Origin: Octopus vulgaris
Taxonomy: Eukaryota
Length of the DNA stretch: 64,000 nucleotides
Assembly (NCBI GenBank): GCA_951406725.2
Contig: OX597835.1
Span: 7,998,001 to 8,062,000 of the forward strand
Direction: 5' to 3'
Both the position numbers and the translations under genes were made by a program. Shown here one piece after another: positions 13,056-26,215 of this stretch; position 1 is the first letter of the stretch; each line of letters starts with the position of its first letter. Under the pieces are notes generated by a model that saw nothing but the letters and a program-made list of their open reading frames with translations, ran no database searches and was not told where the DNA came from.

Positions 13056-13277
13056 AGGGCGGCGTGCTGGCTGGCTGAATCGTTACAGCGCCGGAGAAAA
13101 TGCTTAGCGGCATTTCTTGTGGCATTACGTTCTTAGTTCAAATTCCGCCGAGGTCGACTTTACCCTTCATGCGTTTGGGGTCGATCAAATAAGTACCAGC
13201 TAAGCATTGGGGTCGATGTCATCGACTTTCCCCCCTTCCCTAAATTTCTGGCCTTTTGGGCCAAAGTTTGAAACTAA
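13056..13277 (+). mobile_element. SINE family C, older tail type
   Basis: Same head and core as 6609-6843, but the tail is CCCTAAATTTCTGGCCTTTTGGGCCAAAGTTTGAAA. Confidence 0.78.
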
Positions 13278-13808
13278 TATCAAACATGCTTTGTTGCTTT
13301 TCCCCAATAATCAACCCCATGCACCCAGCCACCGACCAACCTGCCTCCTGAACACATGAGATGCAAAAGTCATCTTTATGAATGTAAACTGAACCGAGAA
13401 TGTAGAAGGAGGTTGCAACTCTCTTGAAAATATTCAAAACCAATTATTTTTCATGAAGAATTTTTTACTAAAAAAATAGACAATAAAAACATAAGCAACC
13501 ACTCACATACACGGACACACTACATCGAAATATGTGTATATGTAGCCATTTATATACGAATGTACCCAGGTACTCGTACAGGCTTAAGTGTGTGTGTGTG
13601 TGTTTATTATCCGTTATGTATTTCGATCAAAGATCTAATAGTCTATGATATCGGAAAAGAGTGAATGCTTCAATACGACTTTTATTAAACAAGAGAGGCT
13701 ATAGAAATTCTACAGTGATTCTTGTAAAACATTCTTGTATTTGTTTGAAGAGCAATGGTGAAGCCTTTTGAAAACTACAGCTGTACACATAGTAGAAGAC
13801 ATAACCTG

Positions 13809-14079
<271 letters not shown>

Positions 14080-14591
14080 TGCCCCGAGGCAGTACCAAGC
14101 AGTGGCTCTCGTGGCTCCTGATCTTAACTGATTGGAAGTGTTATCATGTACATTGTTGTGTATTGGTATAAAAGAAGGGCTACAGCAAATATTCTGCTCA
14201 ATACCACATATTTGCTTGTCAGTTGTTTGACCTTAACCAGTTGAGCATGTCCCTTAGTGGCTGACGATATGTGCATCTCTGATCACGAGTAGAAGTAGTG
14301 GGGAGCATCATAGCCATGTGTTGAGGGGAATTTTTGAGGTTTGGATAATTCACCTTTGGAAACATGGGTGTCTCGTTCAACATCCTTAAACAATCCTTAT
14401 TCAGGGACCATTCGAGTGGGTAGGTTTACTCGACCAGAAGAAAATTCTAACTGGGCCCCACTTGCAAGGTCATGCGCTGTTTATCTTGATATGAGATTAC
14501 CATGTCACGCACATATGGTTGTGATGCATGTGCCTAGTGTACCCTTATCAGACGGGTGGTAATGGTGGGTATACTGGGCTTCGTATATTTT
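14080..14591 (+). mobile_element. Family D1 copy, more diverged, 3' end missing
   Basis: Reverse-complement match to 9360-9866; starts immediately after (AAT)n. Confidence 0.85.
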
Positions 14592-14696
14592 CCTGTTTGA
14601 AAGGGTTTTCTGTAAATAAAACAGGTCATAATGACTTACCGCTCCGAATGTCAGATTTCAATTATTGACTCCATTATGAAAAGAATTCGTGTTAGG

Positions 14697-15078
14697 AGGA
14701 AGCACTCCGTCGGTTACGACGACGAGGGTTCCGGTTGATCCGAATCAACGGAACAGCCTGCTCGTGAAATTAACGTGTAAGTGGCTGAGCACTCCACAGA
14801 CACGTGTACCCTTAACGTAGTTCTCGGGGATATTCAGCGTGACACAGAGAGTGACAAGGCCGGCCCTTTGAAATACAGGTACAACAGAAACAGGAAGTAA
14901 GAGCAGAGAAAGTTGTGGTGAAAGAGTACAGCAGGGATCACCACCATCCCCTGCCGGAGCCTCGTGGAGCTTTAGGTGTTTTCGCTCAATAAACACTCAC
15001 AACGCTCGGTTTGGGAATAGGAACCGCGATCCTACGACCGCGAGTCCGCTGCCCTAACCACTGGGCCATTGCGCCTCC
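14697..15078 (-). mobile_element. tRNA-derived SINE family B, full length
   Basis: Sense head GGAGGCGCAATGGCCCAGTGGTTAGGGCAGCGGACTCGCGGTCG. Near-identical to 48329-48708 and 53038-53428. Confidence 0.88.
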
Positions 15079-15388
15079 TCCAATTGGTGTTAGACCAGTT
15101 GTGGAAAGTATTTTGTACTTTTGAGAATTCTTATTAAATCTGTGATAAAGCTGCTATGCTGCTGGTTCTAATAAAATGCACAGTTGCCTTCCAATGTGCC
15201 GAAACTTGCTGTTGCACCACTGCTCATTCGTATACTGCAAGGTTTATCTGGCTTCTCAGCAGATTTTGAAACGTAATTTAAGTTTTTAAGAAGTCGGTAA
15301 GTGAGCATTTTGAAAAATTTGTTTTTCAGAATTTTAACACAATTATAACTAACACAATTTTAATTAACAAAACGCAATAAGCTTTTAA

Positions 15389-15608
15389 CCCTTTAGTGTT
15401 CAGATTACTCTGTTATATGTAATCCTTTTTCACTCAAATTGTTTTGAATTAATCCTGGATCATCTTATAGCTTTGAGGTTTCAATGATGTGATTATTTAC
15501 TTTCAGAATGGCATTGTAGGTTAGGTGTGAGAGGCTAGATATCGCCAGTTTGAATGTAAAACATGTAGAATATCTGGGCCAGATATGGCCGGTTTAAGCA
15601 CTAAAGGG
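15389..15608. mobile_element. piggyBac-type MITE
   Basis: TTAA|CCCTTTAGTG...CACTAAAGGG|TTAA: terminal inverted repeats with a TTAA target duplication. Confidence 0.88.
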
Positions 15609-16178
15609 TTAAATTAGATTTTAAAAGGTCTTCCATGCAGGTGGTGCCCCCTAATTCTTCAATTGGTATTCAATGTTCGAGGAAGTGAGACAGATTGAAA
15701 CTCTCTACTCGGCACTAGAAAGAGCAGAAAATCTCCCTCGAGATGGACAGAATGGAAAATGAAGGAAACGATTTCCAAAAACGAATGTGATGATCACGAT
15801 TGGAACGCATTTGACCAATAGTCTGCTCGATAAGAACTTAGGTTCTCCGCAACACCAAAAATGACGACCGGTACAACAAAAACAACAACAAAACAAAAGA
15901 AAACGACAGTTGCTGGTATGGCGGGGTGGGGGGGTATTGGTTAACAATATATGTTTGGTAGTTTTAGGCAATTTGACAGCAAATATCAGGAAGTCGGGAT
16001 CCTTGCGGAAGGAAAATGACTTAGAAAAGAAAGAATGCAATGATAAAAGCTTTTATATTTATTTCTTGAACAAAGAACTATTTAGCTAAACCTACCATTG
16101 GACCCATTCATATAACTTCTGCCGGCGCCAAGAAGGAAGTCTCTAAGCGGAACCTTGTCTTGCTATATATAGAGAGTA

Positions 16179-16580
16179 GGCACAGGAGTGGCTGTGTGGT
16201 AAGTAGCTTGTTTACCAACCACATGGTTCCGGGTTCAGTTCCACTGCGTGGCACCTTGGGCAAGTGTCTTCTACTATAGCCTCGGGCCGACCAAAGCCCT
16301 GTGAGTGGATTTGGTAGACGGAAACTGAAAGAAGCCCGTCGTATATATGTATATATATATGAGTGTATGTGTGTCTGTGTTTGTCCCCCCTAGCATTGCT
16401 TGACAACCGATGCTGGTGTGTTTACGTCCCCGTTACTTAGCGGTTCGGCAAAAGAGCCTGATAGAATAAGTACTGGGCTTACAAAAGAATAAGTCCCGGG
16501 ATCGAATTGCTCGATTAAAGGCGGTGCTCCAGCATGGCCGCAGTCAAATGACTGAAACAAGTAAAAGAGTAAAAGAGAGA
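16179..16580 (+). mobile_element. tRNA-derived SINE family A (CORE-like)
   Basis: A-box TGGCTGTGTGG, B-box GGTTCAGTTCC, CORE-like GGCACCTTGGGCAAGTG, internal TA/TG tract and (GTAAAAGA)n tail. Confidence 0.9.
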
Positions 16581-16947
16581 GTCAAATATCTTGTAAATTA
16601 CAAACTCGTGTCTTACAATACAACTATTCGACAATGCGGTCCCTGATATACAAAACTAAAGAAGAAAATATGGTAAAGCAGCTTTGATAGTAATCTAGTG
16701 GGTTTTAGGAGTCATCTGGAGTTACAGATTTGCTATATTCTGTTCGGTTCTACTAAATGTTTCCAGTGGAAATTTCTATTTTGAATTTTTGAATCCACGT
16801 TGAATTTTATGAGGGTAGGCCACTGAGACCACTACGATGAGAGAAGACAATTACGACCGCTACAGAAAATACAGACCTCATTGCGAATTACACTAAAGAA
16901 AGACCAGAAATTGGTGTCCAGTAAGAGAGGCCAGTAAATCAAAGACA

Positions 16948-17152
16948 GTGAAGAGAGGCCACTGTGTTGTGAAGAGAGGCCACTGTGTTGTGAAGAGAGG
17001 CCACTGTGTTGTGAAGAGAGGCCACTGTGTTGTGAAGAGAGGCCACTGTGTTGTGAAGAGAGGCCACTGTGTTGTGAAGAGAGGCCACTGTGTTGTGAAG
17101 AGAGGCCACTGTGTTGTGAAGAGAGGCCACTGTGTTGTTGTGAAGAGAGGCT
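16948..17152. repeat. 21-bp minisatellite (GTGAAGAGAGGCCACTGTGTT), 9 units plus a partial unit
   Basis: Head-to-tail identical units with no spacers. Confidence 0.95.
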
Positions 17153-17268
17153 GGCTGATACGCTACAGAGGATACAATGGCCAGTACATTAAAGAATTCA
17201 GCTATCTTCTCTAATACGATAGATATAGACCAGAGAGTGTGACAGAGTAGGAAGAGAGAACGAGAGAA

Positions 17269-17305
<37 letters not shown>

Positions 17306-17734
17306 AAGAGAGAGCATTGCAAACACTTCCTTAACTGTGTTTGCGAAATCACTATCACTTTATGTTCCATCGCCAGGCTGTTGTTAAGGACATCTCTGTC
17401 AAAGTAGGTGTAGCTAAAGAGACTCTGGAAGGATCTTGGAGAGGAAAATTATAGTGGGGAGAATAATAACATGTTACGGAATACAGGGCGGGTGGGGGCG
17501 GAGGCTCACACCAAGCACGAGCACACACACACACACACACACACACACGTTCGTGCAAGCATTATTTTGTGGAATAAATGGAGACAAGCTCAATACACAT
17601 TATTTATAATACGTGTGTGTGTGGGTGTTTACTTATACATACATACATACATACATACATACATACATACATACACACACAAACACCCACATACGTTCCT
17701 TAACCCAATATCTTTCATACCATTTTTATTCCCT

Positions 17735-17914
17735 TGTTGTTGTTGTTGTTGTTGTTGTTGTTCTTCTTCTTCTTCTTCTTCTTCTTCTTCTTTGTCTTCT
17801 TCTTTTTCTCATTCTTCTTCTTCTTCTTCTTCTTCTTCTTCTTCTCCTCCTCCGTCTTCTTCTTCTTCTTTTTCTTCTTCTTCTTCTTCTTCTTCTTCTT
17901 CTTCTTCTTCTTCT

Positions 17915-17949
<35 letters not shown>

Positions 17950-18117
17950 TCCTCCGTCTTCCTCTTCTTCTTCTCCTCCGTGTTCTTCTTCTTCTTCTTC
18001 TTCTTCTTCTTCTTCTTCTTCTCCTCCGTCTCTTTTCTTCTTCTTCTTCTTCTTCTTCTTCTTTCTTCTTCTTTTCTTCTTCTTTCTTCTTCTTCTTCTT
18101 CTTCTTCTTCTTCTCCT

Positions 18118-18149
<32 letters not shown>

Positions 18150-18240
18150 TTCTTCTTCTTCTTCTCCTCCTTCCTTCCTTCTTCTTCTTCTTCTTCTTCT
18201 TCTTCTTCTTCTTCTTCTTCTTCTTCTTCTTCTTCCTTCC
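17735..18240. repeat. (TTG)n followed by an about 480-bp (CTT)n polypyrimidine array
   Basis: Directly visible, with recurring CTCCTCCGT variants. Confidence 0.95.
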
Positions 18241-18479
18241 CGCTTCCTTTATTTTCCTCCAAGCTTTCTTCCTTGCTGTCGTTCCTTTTCTCATTTCTAA
18301 TTTTACTACAAATCTTTTTGTTGTTCGTATTTCACAAAATATTTCCTTTCTTTTAATTTTTGTTATACTTTTTTTTTAGTTTTTTTCTTTGTTTGTTTGT
18401 TTCTTTCTTTCTTTCATTCTTTCTTCTCTCCTCCAACTTCTATATTTATAGAATCCAATTGGTCCCAATTTCTCTATTT

Positions 18480-18516
<37 letters not shown>

Positions 18517-18688
18517 TACCCTCTCTCACTTCTGCCTGTCAGTCTCCCCTTTTCGCACACATCCCCCTCCCCCACACATTTCTCTCTCATTTCCTTCGTC
18601 AATTTTTTCCAATTCAATTTTCTGCTACCTTTTGTTTTCGTATTTTTTAAAATCTGATTTGTCATCCGTCCATCAATCAATCAATCAT

Positions 18689-18755
<67 letters not shown>

Positions 18756-19794
18756 GTCTGTCTGTCTGTCGGTATGTCTGTCTGTCTATATATATGTCTG
18801 TCTATCTGTCTGTCTGTCTATATATATGTCTGTCTGTCTATATATATGTCTGTCTGTCTGTCTGTCTGTCTTTTTACATTGTTGTGTGTGTAAGTGTATA
18901 TAGAAGATCTGCGTGTATGTATAACATATTTCTATGCGTAGATTGTGGGATCATCTCTTTTTTTTTTTTTTTTGAGGATATTTGTTTATTTTCTTTTGCG
19001 TGCTAGAATTATCTGGAATGGTGTTAAAAGATGTTACTGCCAAGAAATTGCCAAAAACCTAACCTAAAGACGAAGTCTTCAAATGATAAACCTGTGCAAA
19101 TAACGAAATATTTTTTGGAATACGTTTTTCCTGTGATTGTTTATTTACATGCGTTACTGTGTGTAATAATGAAGGTAAGGATATATGCAAGTGCGTATAT
19201 ATGTATGTGAAATGCGTCTATGTATACTATGATGTGTTGTTGGCATGCTTGCATCAATGTGTGTGCTTGTGTGATTGTATATGCACTGTGTGTGTGTGTG
19301 TATAAATAGATACGCGTTTAAGAGTGTTAATAAGAGCGTATAACAGTGTATGAGTGAGTGTATGTGTATACAGGAATCTTAGTGACAACATTCATCTGGT
19401 AACCTCGCCTTCGTCAAACAATTGATAATTCGATCAGCAAATCGATAAGAGAAACAAACGTGCCAATGCAGTAAATTCTGGAATTAGTGAACGACATTTT
19501 AGCTTCAGCAAAGGGAAACTAACCTCCCAGCAAATTCCAAGTGCAAATATACATTCATATACATACACACATTCATCTACACACATGTATATATACCTTT
19601 AATAGATTTTAAACACTAATCTAATCTAATAACACGCACACACACACACACGCAGACATGTGTATATGTATTAATACATATGTATTATGAGCATAACAAT
19701 GTATGTATGTATATATATATAGTTGGAAAAAGATTAGCGACCTACACGAATCAAATTTTTATATATAGAAGATGGATGTGGAAATAGCACAGAA

Positions 19795-20056
19795 TGTCAT
19801 AATTCAAAACTAACGCAGCGAAAATTTTGAAAAGTTCCCCCAGTTCTGAAAAAAATCGATAAATTCGACATGGGGTCGAGAATCAGAAACACAAACCGCA
19901 AACTGTCTAGGGGACGCAACTCCACCTTTTTTAACTAAATAAAAATTTACCATCATTTTTTTTCCATTTTTTTGCTGTTTTTTGGCTATAACTCTCTAAA
20001 AATGCTTTATAGTTATTTCCCTTACAAACCTGAGCAACGCCGGGCGATACTGCTAG
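19795..20056 (+). mobile_element. Helitron 3' portion
   Basis: Ends ...GAGCAACGCCGGGCGATACTGCTAG|T, as at 49748. Confidence 0.75.
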
Positions 20057-20182
20057 TATATATATATATATATATAGTTGGAAAAAGATTAGCGACCTAC
20101 ACAAATCAAATTTTTATATATAGAAGATGGATGTGGAAATAGCACAGAAGTAGGTCTAAGACTCAGTCCTATCCACTCCATG

Positions 20183-20216
<34 letters not shown>

Positions 20217-20234
20217 CAAAGTAGAGTTGTATAT

Positions 20235-20628
20235 ACTCTTTTACTTGTTTAGTTGTTTCCATTTGACTGCGGCCATGCTGGAGCACCGCCTTTAATCGAG
20301 CAACTCGACCCCGGGACTTATTCTTTTTGTAAGCCCAGTACTTATTCTATCGGTCTCTTTTGCCGAACCGCTAAGTAACGGGGACTAAACACACACCAGC
20401 ATCGGTTGTCAAGCAATGCTAGGGGGACAAACACAGACACACAAACATATATGCACATACACACATATATATACATATATACGACGGGCTTCTTTCAGTT
20501 TCCGTCTACCAAATCCACTCACAAGGCTTTGGTCGGCCCGAGGCTATTGCAGAAGACACTTGCCCAAGGTGCCACACAGTGGGACTGAACCCGGAACCAT
20601 GTGGCTACCACACAGCCACTCCTGCGCC
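20235..20628 (-). mobile_element. SINE family A with a small deletion in the head
   Basis: Reverse-complement match to 16179-16580. Confidence 0.9.
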
Positions 20629-20813
20629 TATATATATATATATATATTTATGTATGTATGTATGTATGTATGTATGTATGTATGTATGTATGTATGTATG
20701 TATATATATACATATATATATATATATACATACATACATACATACATACATACATACATACATACATACATACATACATACATAAATACATACATACATA
20801 CATACATACATAA

Positions 20814-20861
<48 letters not shown>

Positions 20862-21557
20862 CGTTTTTGTATCTAATTTGCAAGATTCCTAGTGTGAATT
20901 CTTGTATTGAAGCATATTTTATTGTGTCTGAAGAGAGTCACTCTCTTTTAGTGCCTTATTATTTGACACACAAGTTCGATTTCTATTCATTTACTTACAT
21001 ACATACATATGTGTATATACACATGCACACCGATGCACACAGATGCACACCGATGCACACAGATGCGCACAGATGCGCACAAACAAACAAACAAACAAAC
21101 AAACAGAAAGAACGCAGCTATGACAACGAACGGAGTCGACGACTATTGAAGAGACGGAACGAAAATTTTATAAAACATAAGTTTTATAAATGAATGGAAA
21201 TCGAACCAGTGCGTGTGTTAAGTAATAAAACATTGAAAGAGAATGACCCTCCCTAGACACAATAATAAATTTACACACATGAAGAAAAGAAAGAACGAAA
21301 GAAAGAAGGAAAAATAAATGGAAGGATGGAAGAAAGGAAGGGAGGAAGGAAGGAAAGAAAATGGGCGGCTCTATAGGAGTAATGTCTAAATGGTCGCTCG
21401 ACCTGCTAGATAAAGCAACCAAATCCCTCTTCAAATAACCAGCCTTCTTTAAAGTAAAGGGAAAGCACAGCCAATGCAGTTTCGAGCATACAAACACACC
21501 GGATGATAATGACATGAATATAGTTTTGATTTTAGGTATCTGTTCGAGCTAGGCTTG

Positions 21558-21688
<131 letters not shown>

Positions 21689-21799
21689 AACAATCGCTGT
21701 CGTGTGACTATGTTTCCGGCAATATTGTAACTGCTCATTAGTTCCTCCTATTCCACTTCCAAAGACCATAATTATTTAAATAAATTTTTCCACGGATCC

Positions 21800-22309
21800 C
21801 AGACTTCAAATTTCAGAAAGGCTTGTCTACTCAGTTTTGAATTATTAAGTTCACAGCAGTGGCAACCAGCTAGGGTTCAAATTCCAGAAAATCTTCAAAT
21901 TCCTCTTGCTACTTGTTAATACAATTATAGTGTAATTCAAAAGCCAAGGAAAAGAATCAACAGATTTTCATCCCGGCCGACCTGGGCCCTCGGAAAGGAA
22001 GCTTCGCTGTTTGAAGAGAATTGTGGAAAACGAACCCCCGATTCAAAGGGTTCTGATATTGCAAAACAGCTAGAAGTTAGTCCAAGAACGTGTGTTACAT
22101 ACTCTACTCTTTACTCTTTTACTTGTTTCAGTCATTTGACTGCGGCCATGCTGGAGCACCGCCTTTAGTCGAGCAACTCGACCCCGGGACTTATTCTTTT
22201 TGTAAGCCCAGTACTTATTCTATCGGTCTCTTTTGCCGAACCATTAAGTAACGGGGACATAAACACACCAGCATCGGTTGTCAAGCAATGCTAGGGGGAC
22301 AAACATAGA

Positions 22310-22373
<64 letters not shown>

Positions 22374-23390
22374 CGACAGGCTTCTTTCAGTTTCCGTCTA
22401 CCAAATCCACTCACAAGGCATTGGTCGGCCCAGGGCTATAGCAGAAGATACTTGCCCAAGATGTCACGCAGTGGGACTGAACCCGGAACCATGTGGTTGG
22501 TTAGCAAGCTACTTACCACACAGCCACTCCTGCGCCTATATCTGCATAAGCTTGGGTTTATGGACGAGCAGCTAGAAGAAAAGCTCTCCTTCAACCAATT
22601 AATATCATGAAAAGAAAGAAATGGGCAAAGTGGATGTCAGAACAATCATTTGGGGATAGAGTGGTTTTCCCAGATGAACCAGATTTGCATTATTTTCAGA
22701 CAGTGGACATGTTTGGGTCTGGAGTCTTGCCAATCTTGTTTCACAGTTGGCTGGAATCGTTTCAAATCAAATTCTTGAATTTGATTTGAAACAATTCCAG
22801 CCAACTTTGAAACATGGCGGTATCTCTGTAATGGTATGGGGAGTTGTTACCAGCAAATGTCTTTCTGAGCTGATCGAATCTGTTGGAACCACAAACTCTG
22901 AAAAATACATCGAAACAATTAAGCAAGGACTACTTCCGATGTACTCACACGATAACATAACGAAAAATGAGTTTTTATTCATGGAAGATGGTGCTCTATG
23001 CTACTCAGCAAAAAGTAATCAACAATGGCTGACTGAAAATTGGATCAAAAAGCTTCCTCGGCCGAGCCAATCTCTTGACATGAACCCAGTTGAAAATCTT
23101 TGGAGCATACTAGATAGAGCTATACGAAACACTCGACAGAAACTTAAATCTACAGATGAATTGTTTCCATTGTTGCGTGAAAAGTAGGTAGAAATCCCAC
23201 AAGAGACAATCACGAAGCTCATCAGTTCAATGCCAAAAAGAGTTTTTGAATTAAAAACTGCAAAGTGAATATCAACTAAATTCGAAAGTATGTAGTCCTA
23301 CCTATCGATTACATTTCAATCGTTCGGTTTGCGTATCAAATAAAAGAATTTGAAAATTAAAGGTGTCTATTTACTTTCCGCATGTCTGTG
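21800..23390 (+). pseudogene. Tc1-like DD34E transposon relic interrupted by a SINE
   Basis: HPGRP motif, VVFPDE, KHGGISVMVWG, and FMEDGALCY to PSQSLDMNPVENLW with 34 residues between D and E. Probable right TIR ends CATGTCTGTG|TA. Contains stops and frameshifts; left TIR not found. Confidence 0.9.
22101..22536 (-). mobile_element. SINE family A inserted into the Tc1 transposase
   Basis: Transposase sequence (..EVSPRT.. / ..YLHKLGF..) resumes on either side. Confidence 0.9.
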
Positions 23391-23399
23391 TATATATAT

Positions 23400-23594
23400 A
23401 GCCTCTTTCTTCTAGCCATTTCATCATGTTGAAATATTTTTTCCTCTTGCCGCTTTTTTTTTTATTCTTCGATTTTCTTTCAATTCTTTCTGTCAAAGAG
23501 CGTATGTTCGAAACGCAAAAGACGTGTCCATTCTTCCCGAGTGTCAAACTAATACACCTGCTTGTTGTTCCTACACCTGTCTTCGTCTTTTGTT

Positions 23595-23600
<6 letters not shown>
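23400..23600 (+). mobile_element. Penelope-like terminal fragment
   Basis: CTGTCAAAGAGCGTATGTTCGAAACGCAAAAGAC, homologous to 2452-2640; flanked by (TA)n. Confidence 0.65.
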
Positions 23601-23640
<40 letters not shown>

Positions 23641-23646
<6 letters not shown>

Positions 23647-23817
23647 GAAGGAGCTTCTACAGGACTAGTACTGTTTCATTCAAGAGAAATCTTCCTGAAG
23701 ATTTCTCTTGAATGAAACAGTACTAGTAGAAACTCCTTCTATATAATAAATTAATTTTACTCTGCTATGTATTGAGTACCTTACTTACTGTGGTTAACCC
23801 CGAATCAACCCGGGACC

Positions 23818-23820
<3 letters not shown>
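23641..23820 (+). mobile_element. Penelope-like pLTR with an inverted partial duplicate (palindrome 23641-23745)
   Basis: About 49-bp arms around a 2-nt centre, CTGAAGA..GAAAC AGTACT motif, (TA)n on both sides. Confidence 0.6.
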
Positions 23821-23852
<32 letters not shown>

Positions 23853-23896
23853 ATAATAAATCTCTGAACGAGGTATAAACAGTAACTGCACGACAA

Positions 23897-24212
23897 TGTG
23901 AGGTATACTTGCCATCTCAATATGGCTAACCACTAAGGATGGGTGTTACTGTAGCTTGTAACCCCAGGAGAACATCGTCTCCAGCTGGCTTTAGGCACAC
24001 TTTCTGTGCTCTTATGGTATTTGCAAAGGGAGGTCACCCTTCCCTCGTCAACCTAAGTGATACGCACGGACTGCAGTTTCTAGGATTTGACCTGGTATCA
24101 GCGTACGACAATCACCGGTTTTCGATGAAAAGGTGTTCCAATGCAAATCCAATGCAAATCCTTATCGTTTTTCCAGTAATTTTTCGTCACTGATCTCGAA
24201 AAACTATGCAAG
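23897..24212 (+). mobile_element. Unclassified interspersed element, long form
   Basis: Matches 56563-56815. Bracketed by an about 47-bp direct repeat (23851-23897, 24213-24259). Confidence 0.75.
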
Positions 24213-24259
24213 CAATAATACATCTCTGAACGAGGTATAAACAGTAACTGCACGATAAT

Positions 24260-24307
<48 letters not shown>

Positions 24308-25584
24308 CAATTACTGTTAATCACAAACGAGTATGATCTAGTATCACGTACGAAGCTTTCGCTTATTGTGTGAGTGTGTATGTGTGTGCATGTGTGTATA
24401 TGTGCGTATATGACTGTATGCGTGTTTGGGTATACAATATTTATGTATTTATGTATACAATACATAAATACATATATGTGTATATATATCACGATTAGAA
24501 ACCCGTTTCTGTTAGCTTAGAGTTCCCAAGTGTCTTTCAGTGTTCGTTATTATTTATACAATCTGGTTTGTTTTGGTAAGAAGCGACCAGTGTTCATTAT
24601 ATATTTATTACATTATGTATGTCCCTGGCTAAATCTACATCACATTGTAAGCCATATCATGTATGTATACATTCTCATAAATATATTCATGCAATTTTAT
24701 CGTGGAAAAAATTGTCGAGTAACCTTAGTCGCATATGTCTCGCACATATTTAGTCGTATGCCTCGAGAAATACTCCAACAAATCTCTGCTAGAGTTTCTC
24801 TCTTAAACGGAAGCTTAACTGCAATAAAGATGGCTGAAACAATCTTATCAAAAGCTGGTGCGGTAGTGTTGTTACCATCTAAGTCTGTCTTCATTCACCA
24901 GACCTGTGATCAAATGCATTCCTGCTGTGGCTGTCTCGTCCGCTTTTTCAGGCAGAGCGTGATTAGATTTACACTTTCTATTGTGGTCTTGTTTTGTAAG
25001 AATAAATAAAGAAATACACCACAGGAGATTTCCCAATTATTTCCAGCAGAATGAGTGATCACAAACATTCTCCATGTTGGACTTGTGGTTGGTGTTTATG
25101 TTAATGAGAAAGATTGAGCAAAATCGAATCATCATGGGGGTTGGAGTCGCACATCGTCGATTGGCAAAACATTTAGACACAGGCTGACAATCTGCCATTC
25201 ATTTTAAGTGAGCCCGGTTTATACAGGGAAATATCGTTTATCCGAAATTCGAATACCCAACAAAATTCGAAATCTTTTTGAGAGAGAAACACGCTACGAA
25301 TGTAAAAATTCCCGATGGCATTCAGAAAAGTTTTCAAAAGCCTTTCTGATGAGATATAGCAGTTATTAAGAAGACAACATTTAATACATGATTGACTTGT
25401 TCGAATATAGCAATGTCCAGTGTGTTGCAGTTACTCAGACCAGGTCTCTAATTTGAAGACGCCCCATGAATGATGGTTTCATTATTCCTCACATACCACC
25501 TCACACCCAACACTCTCAGAAGCCCAAAGCACTGACTTCCTTCTTTGAATAAGCCACACAAATACAGGAAATATGAACTGCTTT

Positions 25585-26215
25585 TAGTGGTGGCTCGTGT
25601 ATAGGAACTGCGGAAGTGCAGCGCCCTCTTTTAACTCGATATTAACATTCAATATAACGAATCCTTTTTTTCTTTAATTCTTTCTTTATACTCATGCATT
25701 ACATAATCCTTAAGCTTAATGTCATCAGCCATTCCCTAGTTTATGAAAAAAATACGAAAACAGTTCCAGCGACGCGGTATTTGGCTGTTGTGCGCATGCA
25801 AACATGTCCGAGATATGAAGCTTCACACTAGGGAGAGAGAGAGCATTGCGTGAACGACAGTGCTGGGTGAAAGATAGTGTTTCTTTTTGAATCCGCGAGT
25901 GTTGTGCTTAAAAACGTGTTTATATTCTTGATTGCGATAAAGTGTAGAATTAGATCATTATCCTACTTCCAGCTTCAGTGTTGCTGCCAAGATCTGAAAA
26001 ATAGGGTACATTTCCACTCCTTATTTTGTGAAATGGGGGTGTGTGGCTAAAAAGCAAGGGGGAATTCGCGGCGGTGTTCAGCGAACAAATTAAATACATT
26101 ACCCGGCAGTGGCCAAAACGCGAATATGTTTGTTTCCTTTTACATATTATTAAAATAATGGCTAAACATTTTCTGAAGCAGCTCCCCAACTAATTTTATC
26201 TACGAGCCGCCACTG
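25585..26215. mobile_element. hAT-type non-autonomous DNA transposon
   Basis: 14-bp TIRs TAGTGGTGGCTCGT / ACGAGCCGCCACTG (2 transitions). 8-bp flanks ACTGCTTT / AGTGTTTT match 6/8. Confidence 0.65.

Noticed and set aside
14990-15078. tRNA gene
   Set aside because: tRNA-like heads are attached to SINE bodies, tails and TSDs and lack a proper acceptor stem; the same holds for the other SINE heads.
16948-17152. CRISPR-like array
   Set aside because: Units are contiguous with no unique spacers, no cas genes are present, and the context is eukaryotic.
17471-18379. 302-aa poly-Ser/Phe/Leu ORF and the antisense poly-Glu/Lys/Arg ORFs
   Set aside because: Translation of (CTT)n, open in all frames.
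22747-23187. Intact transposase gene
   Set aside because: Stops, frameshifts, a SINE insertion and the missing left TIR show it is dead.
24530-25009. 159-aa non-repetitive ORF
   Set aside because: GTG start, no recognisable motif and no convincing splice signals; it may be an old TE relic but cannot be supported.
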